DNA of 64,000 bases from Hydrogenophilus sp. GTDB lineage: Bacteria; Pseudomonadota; Gammaproteobacteria; Burkholderiales; Rhodocyclaceae. Under the pieces are notes generated by a model. It saw nothing but the letters and a program-made list of their open reading frames with translations, did not search any database and had not been told where the DNA came from. The position numbers and the translations under genes were made by a program. The stretch spans positions 41,227 through 105,226 of the forward strand of contig JAOAEZ010000004.1 in the NCBI GenBank assembly GCA_026416515.1, in the 5' to 3' direction. This document shows, piece after piece, positions 19,556 to 29,599 of the stretch (position 1 is the first letter of the stretch; each line of letters starts with the position of its first letter).

Positions 19556-22500
19556 GCCGGGGCGCCAGCAAGCGGTAAAAGAGCGGCGCCCAAAAGATTG
19601 CCAAAAAAGTTGCGGCGGTCATTCCCCCCACCACCCCGGTCCCCACCGCCTGCCGGCTTGCCGCCCCTGCCCCGCTCGAGATCATCAACGGCACTGCCGC
19701 TAAGATAAATGTCAAAGAGGTCATTAAAATCGGCCGCAACCGCAAGCGCGCTGCCTCTACCACTGCCGCCAACCGCTCGCGTCCGCTCTCCTCCAACTGA
19801 CGGGCGAACTCCGCGATCAAGATCGCATTTTTCGCCGACAAACCGATCATCACGATCAACCCTACCTTAAAGAAAACATCGTTCGGAAGCCCTCGAGTCC
19901 ACACTGCTGTGGCAGCCCCCAACACCCCGAAGGGAACCACCAACACAATCGCCAATGGTGTTCGCCAACTCTCGTAGAGCGCCGCCAACGTCAAATAAAC
20001 CACCACCAGTGCCAAACCGAACAACAACGGTGCCTGCGCTCCCGCCCTCAGCTCCTCGTAGGAGGTGGTTGCCCAAGCCACATCGTACCCTGGCGGCAGG
20101 GTAGCGCGCGCCAATGCCCCCAAAGCCGCCAAAGCCTCCCCCGACGCGACACCTGGTGCTGCCTGGCCGCCGATCTTCACCGCCGGCACACCGTTGAAGC
20201 GTTCCAAGCGGGGCCAAGCGGTTCGCCACTCCGCTGTTGCCACCGTCTCCAACCGGGTTACCACCCCGCTGCGGCCGGTCACTGGCAGCGCCAGCAGGGC
20301 CTCGGGTGACGAGCGCCATCGCCTATCCACCTGCATCTGCACCCTTCGCACCCGTCCCTCATGCACGAAATCTCCCAAATAGGCTCCCCCCAAGCTTATC
20401 GCCAGCGCCTCATTTAATGCTGCCACGTCGATCCCGTAGACGGCAGCGCGCTCGCGATCCAAGGTCACATGCAAAGCGGGTGCTGGCTCCTGTCCCTCTG
20501 GTCGCACCCCGAACAAGCGTCGATCGCTAACTGCTGCCTGCAGCAATCGGTTGCGGGCCTCCAGCAATCCTACGCGCTCCAAACCGGTTCGATCGAGCAA
20601 CCGCAAATCGAACCCTCCGACGCTCCCCAACTCGGGGATCGGTGGTGGATTGACTGCCACGATCAACGCCTCGGGCAATCGGGGAGCCAATTCACGGTAG
20701 GTCCGCGCCACCAATGTCTGGGCGCTCTGCGCAGGGCTCTGGCGCATCTCCCACGGCTTTAGTGGAACAAAGGCCAACGCCGTATTCTGGCCGCGGCCGA
20801 AAAATGAGAACCCCAGCACGCCAACCACTCGGGCCACCTCGGGCTGAGCCAAAAAGAAGCGTTCCACCTCGGCCAATACCCCCTCGGTACGCTCGCGTGT
20901 TGCCCCTGCCGGCAACTGCACCACTGTTACGATATAACCCTGATCCTCATCGGGCAAGAACGCGGTCGGCAATCGGACAAACAACCAGCCCGCTGCTGCT
21001 GCGATCGCCCCGTACCACAGCAACCACCGCACGGGGCGTGTCACGATCGCTGCTGTTGCCCCCCCGAAGCGTTCGCGCACCCTCAAGAACCAGCGGTCGA
21101 ACCATCGCTCGCCCCTCTTGCTTCCCCTTCGCAACAAAGTTGCTGCCAAAGCCGGTGCCAACGACAACGCCAAAAAAGCCGAAAAGGCCATCGTCGCGAT
21201 CAACGTTACTGCAAACTGTCGGTAGATCACCCCCACCGACCCTCCGAAAAAGAGAAGGGGAGAAAACGCTGCTGCCAGCGCAGCGGAAACCCCGATCACG
21301 GCCCCCGTAATCTCCTCCATCGCCCGCACGGTCGCCTGCCGCGGTTCCATGCCCTCCTCATGGATATGGCGCTCCACATTCTCCACCACGATGATGGCGT
21401 CATCGACCAAGATACCGATAGCCAGCACCATCGCAAAGAGGGTTAGCACATTGATCGAATAGCCAAACCCCCACAGCACCGCGCACGTACCGGCCAACGC
21501 CACCGGAACGGTAGCCATAGGGATCAACGCCGCCCGTGCGCTCCCCAAAAAGAGCCACATCACCAAAAAGACCAGTACAGCGGCCTCGATCAAGGTCTTC
21601 ACCACCTCTTGGATCGACACCTCGACGAAGCGGCTGGTATCGTAAGGCACCGCCCACTCCACCCCTTTGGGCAAGAAAGGAGCCAGCTCGGCCATTCGCG
21701 CCTTTACCGCCCGCGCCACATCCAAGGCGTTCGCGCCGGGAGCTGTACGGATGCCGATGGCTGCGTTGGGGGCCTGGTTCAATCGCGCCACCACCCCGTA
21801 GTTTTCCGCCCCCAACTCCACCTCGGCCACATCTCGCAAGCGCACCTGTGCCCCGCTGGGCAACGCCTTTACCACGATCGCTGCGAACTGGCTTGGATCG
21901 GACAATCGTCCCTGTGTCGTCACCACCGCGTTGATCTGTTGTCCGGGCAATGCGGGCAGCTGGCCGATCTCCCCTAACGGCAGATCGACATTAAATGCCT
22001 TTACCGCCCGTGCCACCTCCTGGGGGGTCAATCCATAAGCCTGCAGCCGATCGGGATCCAACCAAATGCGCAAAGAGTACTCGGTTCCGAACAGTACCGC
22101 CTCGCCCACCCCTGGAACGCGGCGCAGCGGCTCCAGCACCTGGGCGGCGGCGATCGATCCCAAATCGATCGCCGAATATCCTCCTCCTGGGGCGTTCAAT
22201 GCCACGATCATCAACCAATTTCGCTGGGGCTTGGTCACCGTCACCCCTCGCTGGCGCACCTCCTCTGGCAACCGTGCCTCCACGCGGCGGTAGCGGTTTT
22301 GAGCCTCCACGCTGGCCAACTCCGGGTTCGTTCCCGGCTCAAACGTCAGCGTCAACGTCCCCTGGCCCAACTCGGCGCTTGTTTCGAAATACAACAAGCG
22401 CTCGATCCCGTTCATCTCCTGCTCGATCACTTTCAATACGTTATCTTCGATCACCTTAGCCGAAGCGCCGGGGTATTGCACGGTAAAAGCGATCTGTGGC

Positions 22501-22619
22501 GGCGCCACGGCGGGGTACTGCGCTACTGGCAACTGCTGCAATGCCAACACCCCGAACAGCGTGATCAACAATGCGATCACCGCTGCGAAAACGGGGCGAT
22601 GGATAAAAAAGCGGCTCAT
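19530..22619 (-). CDS. RND efflux transporter permease (AcrB/MexB family)
   Basis: [19 protein letters not shown], proton-relay motifs ILVDDAIIVVENVER, GLSAKNAILI, RLRPILMTS. Confidence 0.96.
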   Translation of the reverse strand: MSRFFIHRPVFAAVIALLITLFGVLALQQLPVAQYPAVAPPQIAFTVQYPGASAKVIEDNVLKVIEQEMNGIERLLYFETSAELGQGTLTLTFEPGTNPELASVEAQNRYRRVEARLPEEVRQRGVTVTKPQRNWLMIVALNAPGGGYSAIDLGSIAAAQVLEPLRRVPGVGEAVLFGTEYSLRIWLDPDRLQAYGLTPQEVARAVKAFNVDLPLGEIGQLPALPGQQINAVVTTQGRLSDPSQFAAIVVKALPSGAQVRLRDVAEVELGAENYGVVARLNQAPNAAIGIRTAPGANALDVARAVKARMAELAPFLPKGVEWAVPYDTSRFVEVSIQEVVKTLIEAAVLVFLVMWLFLGSARAALIPMATVPVALAGTCAVLWGFGYSINVLTLFAMVLAIGILVDDAIIVVENVERHIHEEGMEPRQATVRAMEEITGAVIGVSAALAAAFSPLLFFGGSVGVIYRQFAVTLIATMAFSAFLALSLAPALAATLLRRGSKRGERWFDRWFLRVRERFGGATAAIVTRPVRWLLWYGAIAAAAGWLFVRLPTAFLPDEDQGYIVTVVQLPAGATRERTEGVLAEVERFFLAQPEVARVVGVLGFSFFGRGQNTALAFVPLKPWEMRQSPAQSAQTLVARTYRELAPRLPEALIVAVNPPPIPELGSVGGFDLRLLDRTGLERVGLLEARNRLLQAAVSDRRLFGVRPEGQEPAPALHVTLDRERAAVYGIDVAALNEALAISLGGAYLGDFVHEGRVRRVQMQVDRRWRSSPEALLALPVTGRSGVVTRLETVATAEWRTAWPRLERFNGVPAVKIGGQAAPGVASGEALAALGALARATLPPGYDVAWATTSYEELRAGAQAPLLFGLALVVVYLTLAALYESWRTPLAIVLVVPFGVLGAATAVWTRGLPNDVFFKVGLIVMIGLSAKNAILIAEFARQLEESGRERLAAVVEAARLRLRPILMTSLTFILAAVPLMISSGAGAASRQAVGTGVVGGMTAATFLAIFWAPLFYRLLAPRPSGEGVRG

Positions 22620-23860
22620 CTCCCTTGCTCCCTACTCCCTCCGGCTCGCTCTGGGCTATCCCCTCCTCTCGGTGCTCCTCCCCCTGTTCCTCCACTCTCC
22701 CTCTGAGCGGATGGTGGTGCAGCTGCTCGCTCCTCGCGCACTACCACTGCTCCTCCGGGTGGGCGCAAGCGCGCTTGGCCGGTGACCACCACCTGCTCTC
22801 CCCCTTGCAACCCCGACGCCACCACCACCCGATCGCCGCTGAATCCCCCTAACGTCACCGGCTGCATTCGCGCGTAGCCGTCCTCCACCACCCACACGAA
22901 CAACCCGGAAGCCCCGGACGCCACTGCCTGCTGGGGCACCACCACTGCCTCGCGTCGCTCGATCGCCACCCGAACCTTCACGAACATTCCCGGCAGCCAT
23001 CGCTGTCCGCGGTTAGGAAAAGCCACCTTAGAAGTCACTGTTCCCGTTGCCGGATCGACCATCGTATCGGAGACAATCCACTCCCCGCTTACCTCCTCCC
23101 CCTCTGTCATCAAACGCGGTGGGGGCGTCTCCCCCTGCAACCGCTGGCGGATCATCCACTTCTCCTGCGGTTCCTGGATCAGGGCATGGATCGGATCGAG
23201 CACCTCGATCACCGTCAGCAACGTCGCCTCCCCCTTTCCCACCAAGGCCCCCTCGGTCACCAATGCCCGTCCTGCGCGTCCTGAGATCGGCGCGGGGACG
23301 CGGGCATACTCGACGTTTAATGCCGCCTGGGTTCGCTGCGCCTCGGCGGCCGCTAAATTAGCCCGCGCGGTATCGAGCGACTGCGGTGCGGCGAACCCCT
23401 CGGCGACCAATCGCTGCTGGCGGGCCAACTCCGCCCGGCGCAAGGCCACTGCTGCCTCGGCTGCCGCCAATGCGGCGCGGTAAGGGCGGTCATCCAACTC
23501 GAACAGCGTCTCTCCCGCCCGCACCTCGCTCCCCTCACGGTAGCGCACTCGCTCGACGATTCCCTCCACCCGCGCGCGCACCTCGGCTCGTCGGCTCGCC
23601 ACCAAGCGGCCGGGCAACTCTGCCTCCACCAGTACCAGCTCGCGCGCGGCCTTCGCCACCACCACGGTAGGGGGAGCACCCCCGCCCATGGCCCCCATTC
23701 CCCCGCCCATTCGTCCTCCCTCGCTGCTCCCCATCGGCGGTCTTCCCCCCCGCTCGCCGCCCGTTTCTGACCCTTTTTCGGCGTATCCTCCTGTCGTCAG
23801 GATCAGAGCCGCCGCCACTGCTCCCCCCACTCGCCAAACCCAATTCCACCTTCTCACCAC
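22616..23860 (-). CDS. RND periplasmic adaptor (AcrA/MexA family)
   Basis: ELPGRL...[29 protein letters not shown]....LPGMFV. Start placed at GTG 23860 (GAGGGAG RBS) because the track start lies under the predicted promoter. Confidence 0.92.
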   Translation of the reverse strand: MVRRWNWVWRVGGAVAAALILTTGGYAEKGSETGGERGGRPPMGSSEGGRMGGGMGAMGGGAPPTVVVAKAARELVLVEAELPGRLVASRRAEVRARVEGIVERVRYREGSEVRAGETLFELDDRPYRAALAAAEAAVALRRAELARQQRLVAEGFAAPQSLDTARANLAAAEAQRTQAALNVEYARVPAPISGRAGRALVTEGALVGKGEATLLTVIEVLDPIHALIQEPQEKWMIRQRLQGETPPPRLMTEGEEVSGEWIVSDTMVDPATGTVTSKVAFPNRGQRWLPGMFVKVRVAIERREAVVVPQQAVASGASGLFVWVVEDGYARMQPVTLGGFSGDRVVVASGLQGGEQVVVTGQARLRPPGGAVVVREERAAAPPSAQRESGGTGGGAPRGGDSPERAGGSREQGR

Positions 23861-23895
23861 TGCGCTCCCTCTGCACCGCAGCAACCGGTTCAACG

Positions 23896-23924
23896 AGTAT
23901 CGCGCAAAATGAACCGAAAGTCAA
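23896..23924 (-). promoter_or_regulatory. sigma70-type promoter of the RND operon
   Basis: Minus strand TTGACT-N17-GATACT. Confidence 0.55.
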
Positions 23925-23934
23925 TAAATCCCCC

Positions 23935-23964
23935 TTGCCTAAATCCCTCTTAGCGCGCTACCAT
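23935..23964 (+). promoter_or_regulatory. sigma70-type promoter of recA
   Basis: TTGCCT-N18-TACCAT, back-to-back with the RND promoter. Confidence 0.45.
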
Positions 23965-23991
23965 AACAATCTACCCCCTTCTGGAGAAATC

Positions 23992-25056
23992 ATGGACGAA
24001 GAGAAACGCAGAGCGCTTCTCGCGGCCCTTACGCAGATCGAGCGGCAATTTGGCAAAGGGGCGGTCATGACGCTGGGGCAAGGCTCGGTGGAGCGCAACA
24101 TCGCCACCATCTCCACTGGCTCGCTCGGGCTTGACATCGCGTTGGGGATAGGGGGGCTACCGCGGGGGCGGATCATTGAAATATATGGGCCGGAATCCTC
24201 TGGAAAAACCACGCTCACCCTTCACATCATCGCCGAAGCCCAAAAGCAAGGTGGGGTTGCCGCCTTCATCGACGCGGAGCACGCCCTCGACCTGCACTAC
24301 GCCGAAAAGCTAGGAGTAAACCTTGCCGAGCTCCTCATCTCCCAACCCGACACGGGGGAGCAAGCCCTCGAGATTGCGGACATGCTCGTCCGTTCCGGTA
24401 GTGTAGACGTCATCGTCATCGACTCCGTCGCGGCGCTTACCCCCAAAGCCGAAATCGAAGGGGAGATGGGCGATGCCCTTCCGGGGTTGCAAGCCCGGCT
24501 CATGAGTCAAGCCCTGCGGAAGCTCACCGCCTCGATCGCCCGCACCAACACGATGGTCGTCTTCATCAACCAAATTCGCATGAAGATCGGCGTGATGTTT
24601 GGCAATCCTGAAACCACCACCGGAGGCAACGCGCTCAAATTCTACGCCAGCGTCCGCATGGACATTCGCAAAACGGGCACCATCAAACGCGGCGAAGAGG
24701 TTCTCGGTTCGGAAACGCGCGTCAAGGTCGTCAAAAACAAACTCGCTCCTCCCTTTAAGGAAGCCGCCTTTGACATCCTCTACGGGGAAGGGATCTCGCG
24801 CGAAAGCGAGATCATCGACCTCGGCGTTCAATACCAAATCATCGACAAAACGGGTGCCTGGTATGCCTTTGAAGGGCAAAAGCTCGGGCAAGGGAAAGAG
24901 AACGCCCGCGAATACCTCAAACAAAACCCTCAGCTAGCCCGCGCCATCGAAAATCGTATTCGGCAAGCGGCAGGGCTTCCCACCCTCCCCGACGCCCCCT
25001 CACCCCCTGAAAATCGCACGAACGGATCTCCACCTCCTTCGGATCCCTCCTCATGA
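23992..25056 (+). CDS. recA: Recombinase RecA
   Basis: [43 protein letters not shown]; GGAG RBS. Confidence 0.99.
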   Translation: MDEEKRRALLAALTQIERQFGKGAVMTLGQGSVERNIATISTGSLGLDIALGIGGLPRGRIIEIYGPESSGKTTLTLHIIAEAQKQGGVAAFIDAEHALDLHYAEKLGVNLAELLISQPDTGEQALEIADMLVRSGSVDVIVIDSVAALTPKAEIEGEMGDALPGLQARLMSQALRKLTASIARTNTMVVFINQIRMKIGVMFGNPETTTGGNALKFYASVRMDIRKTGTIKRGEEVLGSETRVKVVKNKLAPPFKEAAFDILYGEGISRESEIIDLGVQYQIIDKTGAWYAFEGQKLGQGKENAREYLKQNPQLARAIENRIRQAAGLPTLPDAPSPPENRTNGSPPPSDPSS

Positions 25057-25574
25057 GCCTCTCTTCTTCCATCGCTGTCACCCTCTCGAAAGACGAACGC
25101 GCCCACTGGGCGCTGCTCCTCCGTCTCTTAGCGCGGAGGGAACGCACCGTCGCCGAACTGAAAGCTCTCCTCGCGCAACGGCATGTTCCGCCCGTTCTCA
25201 TCGACGCGCTGGTAGCCCGCGCTCAAGCGCTCGGACTTCTCGACGATAGTCGAGCGGCGGCGACGGCGATCCAACGGCTCGCCCCACTTCATGGTGACCG
25301 TGCGCTGTATCAACATCTAGCCAACCGCGGTCTCGCCCCCGAAATCATCGACCGCGCTCTCGCCCAAGCCCGCAGCGAATTCGGGGAAGAGCAGCGCCGG
25401 GCGGTGCTCCTCTGGCAACGCAAATTTGGTCATCCTCCGCGTACTCGGCAAGAATGGAACCGACAAGCGGGATATTTTGCGCGGCGAGGTTTTTCCCCTT
25501 CCACCATCGGAGCACTCCTCCAAGCCCCCCCCGTCGAACTCCCCGACGATGGCGGCTACGGAGTCGAGCCATGA
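25053..25574 (+). CDS. recX: Regulatory protein RecX
   Basis: [33 protein letters not shown]; overlaps the recA stop (ATGA). Confidence 0.9.
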   Translation: MSLSSSIAVTLSKDERAHWALLLRLLARRERTVAELKALLAQRHVPPVLIDALVARAQALGLLDDSRAAATAIQRLAPLHGDRALYQHLANRGLAPEIIDRALAQARSEFGEEQRRAVLLWQRKFGHPPRTRQEWNRQAGYFARRGFSPSTIGALLQAPPVELPDDGGYGVEP

Positions 25575-26293
25575 CCCTGCTGGTTGCGGAGAAGCTTCAC
25601 AAACGCTTTGGCTCGCGTCCCGTTGTGGTCGACGTCCATCTCGACGTCCATCGGGGCGAAATCTTTGGTCTTCTAGGTCCCAACGGAGCGGGGAAAACCA
25701 CCTGTTTTGCCCTCATCGTCGGTCTTCTTCGCGCCGACGGCGGGCGCATTCTCCTCAACGGTCGCGACATCACCCATGCTCCCATCCATCGCCGTGCGCG
25801 GGCAGGGCTCGCCTATCTCCCGCAAGAAGCCAGCATCTTTCGGCATCTCACCGTTCGTGAAAACCTCCTGGCTGTTCTCGAACTGCAGCGTCTCTCCTCT
25901 GCCGAGCGGCGGCGGGAAGCGGACCGGCTTCTCGCAGAGCTCGGGATCGACCACCTCGCCGAACAGCCGAGCATCGCCCTCTCGGGGGGGGAGCGGCGGC
26001 GGCTTGAGATCGCTCGCGCCCTTGCTGTGCGCCCTCAACTCATCCTTCTTGACGAACCCTTTGCGGGTGTAGATCCGATTGCCGTCAGCGACATTCAGCG
26101 TATCGTTCGCTACCTCCAACAACGCGGAGTTGCCATTCTCATCACCGACCACAACGTGCGGGAAACCCTTGGAATCTGCGACCGTGCGGCGATTCTCGCC
26201 GACGGTCGGGTCATCACCTCTGGGACTCCGGACGAAATTGTCGAACACCCTGATGTCCGGCGTGTATACCTGGGAGATCGGTTTCGCCTATGA
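25571..26293 (+). CDS. lptB: LPS export ABC transporter ATP-binding protein
   Basis: GPNGAGKTT, YLPQEASIF, LSGGERRRLEIAR, LDEPFAGVDP, ITDHNVRETL; directly upstream of rpoN. Confidence 0.96.
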   Translation: MTLLVAEKLHKRFGSRPVVVDVHLDVHRGEIFGLLGPNGAGKTTCFALIVGLLRADGGRILLNGRDITHAPIHRRARAGLAYLPQEASIFRHLTVRENLLAVLELQRLSSAERRREADRLLAELGIDHLAEQPSIALSGGERRRLEIARALAVRPQLILLDEPFAGVDPIAVSDIQRIVRYLQQRGVAILITDHNVRETLGICDRAAILADGRVITSGTPDEIVEHPDVRRVYLGDRFRL

Positions 26294-27729
26294 AAAGTCT
26301 CGCTCCTACCCTCAACCTCAAGCTGCAAACCACGCTTACCCTTTCGCCGCAACTTCAACAAGCGCTGCATCTGTTGACCCTTCCCGCCGTCGAACTGCAA
26401 CAAACGATCCACGACCTTCTCGAACGCAACCCTTGCCTTATGCTCGCCGACGAGCTCCCCGGCTCCCCCTCTGATCCGCTCTCTTCCGCTCCGGAAGAGT
26501 CCTCTCTTTCTACCGACCCCTCCCCCGCTGGGGGCAACCTCGAAGACCCCTTTCCCTCCCCTGAACTCGACGACCCCGACGAATCCCTCTACTGGGAGCA
26601 CGTCAGCAATGCCCGTCACCCCGACGATGACGAAATCCCCGACCCTCTCCTCAACGCCCCCTGCACCGAAGACCTTCGCGACGAGCTTCGGCGGCAAGCC
26701 GCGTTGGTGCTTGCACCGCAAGAGATACGCGAACACCTCTATCTCCTCATCGAAGCCCTCGACGACGACGGCTACCTTCGTGCCCCGCTGGAAGAGATCG
26801 CCACGTGGACCGATCCCCCTGCCGACTTAGAGATCCTCGAAACGGCCCTCAAGCTCCTCCAAAAATTTGACCCTCCTGGGGTAGGGGCTCGGACGATTCC
26901 CGAAGCGCTTCTCCTGCAGCTCGCCGACCATCCCGTTACTCCCTCGCGCACCCTTGCAGAAGCGATCATTCGCGACCACTTCGATCTTCTCGCCCGTCAC
27001 GACTATGCGCAACTCTGCAAGCGGCTTTGTTGCAGCGAGGAGCAACTCAAAACCGCTGTCGACCTCATTCAGACCCTTGACCCCAAACCGGGGCTGCGCT
27101 ACAGCGCGCAGCAGATCCACACCGTCATTCCGGACCTTCTCGTCCACCCAGTAGAAGAGGGCTGGCGTGTCACCCTCAACCCCGCTGCCTACCCTAAAGT
27201 AGTAGTTTCGCCGCTCTACGAACAGCAGATCACTCGTAAAAGTCCTGCCGAATGGCGGGACCGTCTGGCGGAAGCCAAGCAATTTGTCAAGCAGCTTCAT
27301 CAACGGGCGCTCACTTTAGTACGGGTAGGGCAAGCGATTGTCGATCACCAAGCCGACTACTTTCGCCACGGGGAAACCGCCCTCAAGCCCCTCACCCTGC
27401 GCACCATTGCCGAGCAACTCGAACTGCACGAATCGACGGTCTCCCGCGTGGTGGCGGACAAATACCTCGCCTCACCGCGCGGTGTCATTCCTCTCAAACG
27501 CCTCTTCAGTGCCCGTCTCGCTACCGACGACGGCGCAGACGCTGCTGCTGCAGCGATTCAAAGCCGCATCAAAGCGATCATCGCTGCGGAAGATCCCCGC
27601 TCTCCCCTCTCGGACCAAGCGATCGCTGACCGACTTGCTGTCGAGGGGATTGTGATTGCCCGGCGAACCGTGGCAAAATACCGGGATTTACTTGCCATTC
27701 CTGCCGCCAAGCTACGGAAACGTTTATAA
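26290..27729 (+). CDS. rpoN: RNA polymerase sigma-54 factor
   Basis: SPQLQQAL, DPPGVGAR, LHESTVSR, RpoN box ARRTVAKYR. Confidence 0.98.
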   Translation: MKSLAPTLNLKLQTTLTLSPQLQQALHLLTLPAVELQQTIHDLLERNPCLMLADELPGSPSDPLSSAPEESSLSTDPSPAGGNLEDPFPSPELDDPDESLYWEHVSNARHPDDDEIPDPLLNAPCTEDLRDELRRQAALVLAPQEIREHLYLLIEALDDDGYLRAPLEEIATWTDPPADLEILETALKLLQKFDPPGVGARTIPEALLLQLADHPVTPSRTLAEAIIRDHFDLLARHDYAQLCKRLCCSEEQLKTAVDLIQTLDPKPGLRYSAQQIHTVIPDLLVHPVEEGWRVTLNPAAYPKVVVSPLYEQQITRKSPAEWRDRLAEAKQFVKQLHQRALTLVRVGQAIVDHQADYFRHGETALKPLTLRTIAEQLELHESTVSRVVADKYLASPRGVIPLKRLFSARLATDDGADAAAAAIQSRIKAIIAAEDPRSPLSDQAIADRLAVEGIVIARRTVAKYRDLLAIPAAKLRKRL

Positions 27730-27739
27730 TTAAAGGAGA

Positions 27740-28048
27740 ATGCCACAAATGAATCTCACCGTTACCGGTCGGCACGTCGAAGTTACCGACTCGCTCAAGC
27801 GCTACGCCACTGAGAAACTCGACCATGTTGTCCGTCACTTTGACCATGTCACCACCTGTCACCTCATTCTCGCCGTCGAAAAGCACCAACAAAAAGCCGA
27901 ATGCACCCTACACGTCAAAGGGCGCGACATTCACGCTGAAGCCACCGGTAGCGACCTCTATGCGGCGATCGACGCGATGATCGACAAACTCGACCGGCAA
28001 GTCCGCAAACATAAAGAGATCGTCACCGACCACCACAATGGCGGCTAA
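27740..28048 (+). CDS. hpf: Ribosome hibernation promoting factor (short HPF)
   Basis: TGRHVEVTDSL, DLYAAIDAMIDKLDRQ; follows rpoN. Confidence 0.95.
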   Translation: MPQMNLTVTGRHVEVTDSLKRYATEKLDHVVRHFDHVTTCHLILAVEKHQQKAECTLHVKGRDIHAEATGSDLYAAIDAMIDKLDRQVRKHKEIVTDHHNGG

Positions 28049-28053
28049 GCGCC

Positions 28054-28497
28054 ATGGCTCTCGCCGAACTCCTCGATGATGCCCACATCGCGCTCGACCT
28101 TCCCGTTCCCAGCAAAAAGCGGTTGCTCGAAGCGCTAGCTCAGCTCTTCACGCAAGATGGCCTCGACCTCCATCTCACTTTTCAAGCTCTTCTCGAACGG
28201 GAGCGGTTAGGCACTACGGGGCTTGGCAACGGGGTAGCCATCCCTCACGCCCGGCTGGCGGCGCTCGACGCCCCGCGCGTTGCGCTCGTTCGCACTGCCC
28301 AGCCGGTTCCCTTTGACGCGCTAGATGGTCAACCGGTTCGGCTTGCGCTGGCTCTCCTTGTTCCAAACGCCGCCCACGAAACCCACCTCGCGCTCCTTGC
28401 CGAAATTGCCGAGCGGCTCGACCGTCCCGAAGTACGCGCCGCGCTGCTTGCGGCCTCTACCCCCTCTGCAGTGCGGGCAGCGCTCACCGCCTCCTAG
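28054..28497 (+). CDS. ptsN: PTS IIA-like nitrogen regulatory protein
   Basis: SKKRLLE, RERLGTTGLGNGVAIPHAR, FDALDGQPV. Confidence 0.93.
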   Translation: MALAELLDDAHIALDLPVPSKKRLLEALAQLFTQDGLDLHLTFQALLERERLGTTGLGNGVAIPHARLAALDAPRVALVRTAQPVPFDALDGQPVRLALALLVPNAAHETHLALLAEIAERLDRPEVRAALLAASTPSAVRAALTAS

Positions 28498-28510
28498 GGG
28501 GTCTCCGCGT

Positions 28511-29599
28511 ATGACCGTGCGTCAAACCACCGTTGCAGCTATCGTCGCGGCGCTAGCCGATACGCTCCCGCTCACCCATCTCGTCGGCAACCTGGAGCGA
28601 CCGGTGCGCGTCACCGACGCCTATATCTGGCCTGCTGACCTCGTCGGTCTCTTGAATATCATTCATGGCGCGCGCATTCAAGTGATCGGCGCGGCGGAGA
28701 TCGCCTGGGCAACCCAGCAACCGCTCGCCAAGCTCCGTCGTTTCTTCACCGAAATCATCGCCGCCCATCCTCCCGCCTTCATCGTCGCCGATTCCAGTCC
28801 TGTTCCCCCGCTGCTTCTCGAACTCTGCACGGCGCACGAGATTGCCTTGCTCACTACCCCCCGGCCGGCGGCAGAGGTCGTCGATCGCCTGCGGCTCAAG
28901 ATTGCCCGCATCCTTGCCGAACGCACCATTTTGCACGGCGTTCTCATGGACGTCCTAGGGGTTGGTGTCCTCATCACCGGCGACCCGGGCACGGGCAAAT
29001 CGGAACTCGCTCTAGAACTCATCACCCGCGGGCACGGACTGGTCGCCGACGACGCCGTCGAAATCGCCCGTGTTTCCCCCTACGAACTGGAAGGGCGCTG
29101 TCCCGAACTGCTGCGCGACTACCTTGAAGTCCGCGGCCTCGGGCTTCTCGACATTCGCACCATCTTTGGGGAAACCGCCGTTCGGCGCAAAGTCCGCTTG
29201 CGGCTCATCGTCCATCTCAAGCGGCTCACCCCTGACACGCCCCCCCTTCCCCGCCTCGCCATCGAAGAAGAACACGAAACCATCCTCGGCGTTCCCATTC
29301 CCCGCGTACATCTCCCTGTGGCTGCTGGCCGTAACATGGCTGTTCTTCTCGAAGCCGCGGTCCGCAACTTCGTCCTCAAGCTGCGCGGCATCGACACCAC
29401 TGCCCAATTCATCGCCCGGCACGAAGCGCTCCTTGCGGCGGAAGCCGCCGCTCTTTCCGTCGCCTCTTCCCCTACCCCCTCTGATTCTGCGCCCTCTCTC
29501 GACCCTCTCGACCCCTCTCTCCTCTCTCCTTCGGAAGCTCCTCCAGGGGTTGGTGCCCTCTCCTCTCCCCCGCCTACTGCCTCTGCCGCCCATGAATGA
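28511..29599 (+). CDS. hprK: HPr(Ser) kinase/phosphorylase
   Basis: HGVLMDV.G.GVLITGDPGTGKSELAL, LVADD, LEVRGLG, PVAAGRN; Pro/Ser-rich C-terminal extension. Confidence 0.96.
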   Translation: MTVRQTTVAAIVAALADTLPLTHLVGNLERPVRVTDAYIWPADLVGLLNIIHGARIQVIGAAEIAWATQQPLAKLRRFFTEIIAAHPPAFIVADSSPVPPLLLELCTAHEIALLTTPRPAAEVVDRLRLKIARILAERTILHGVLMDVLGVGVLITGDPGTGKSELALELITRGHGLVADDAVEIARVSPYELEGRCPELLRDYLEVRGLGLLDIRTIFGETAVRRKVRLRLIVHLKRLTPDTPPLPRLAIEEEHETILGVPIPRVHLPVAAGRNMAVLLEAAVRNFVLKLRGIDTTAQFIARHEALLAAEAAALSVASSPTPSDSAPSLDPLDPSLLSPSEAPPGVGALSSPPPTASAAHE

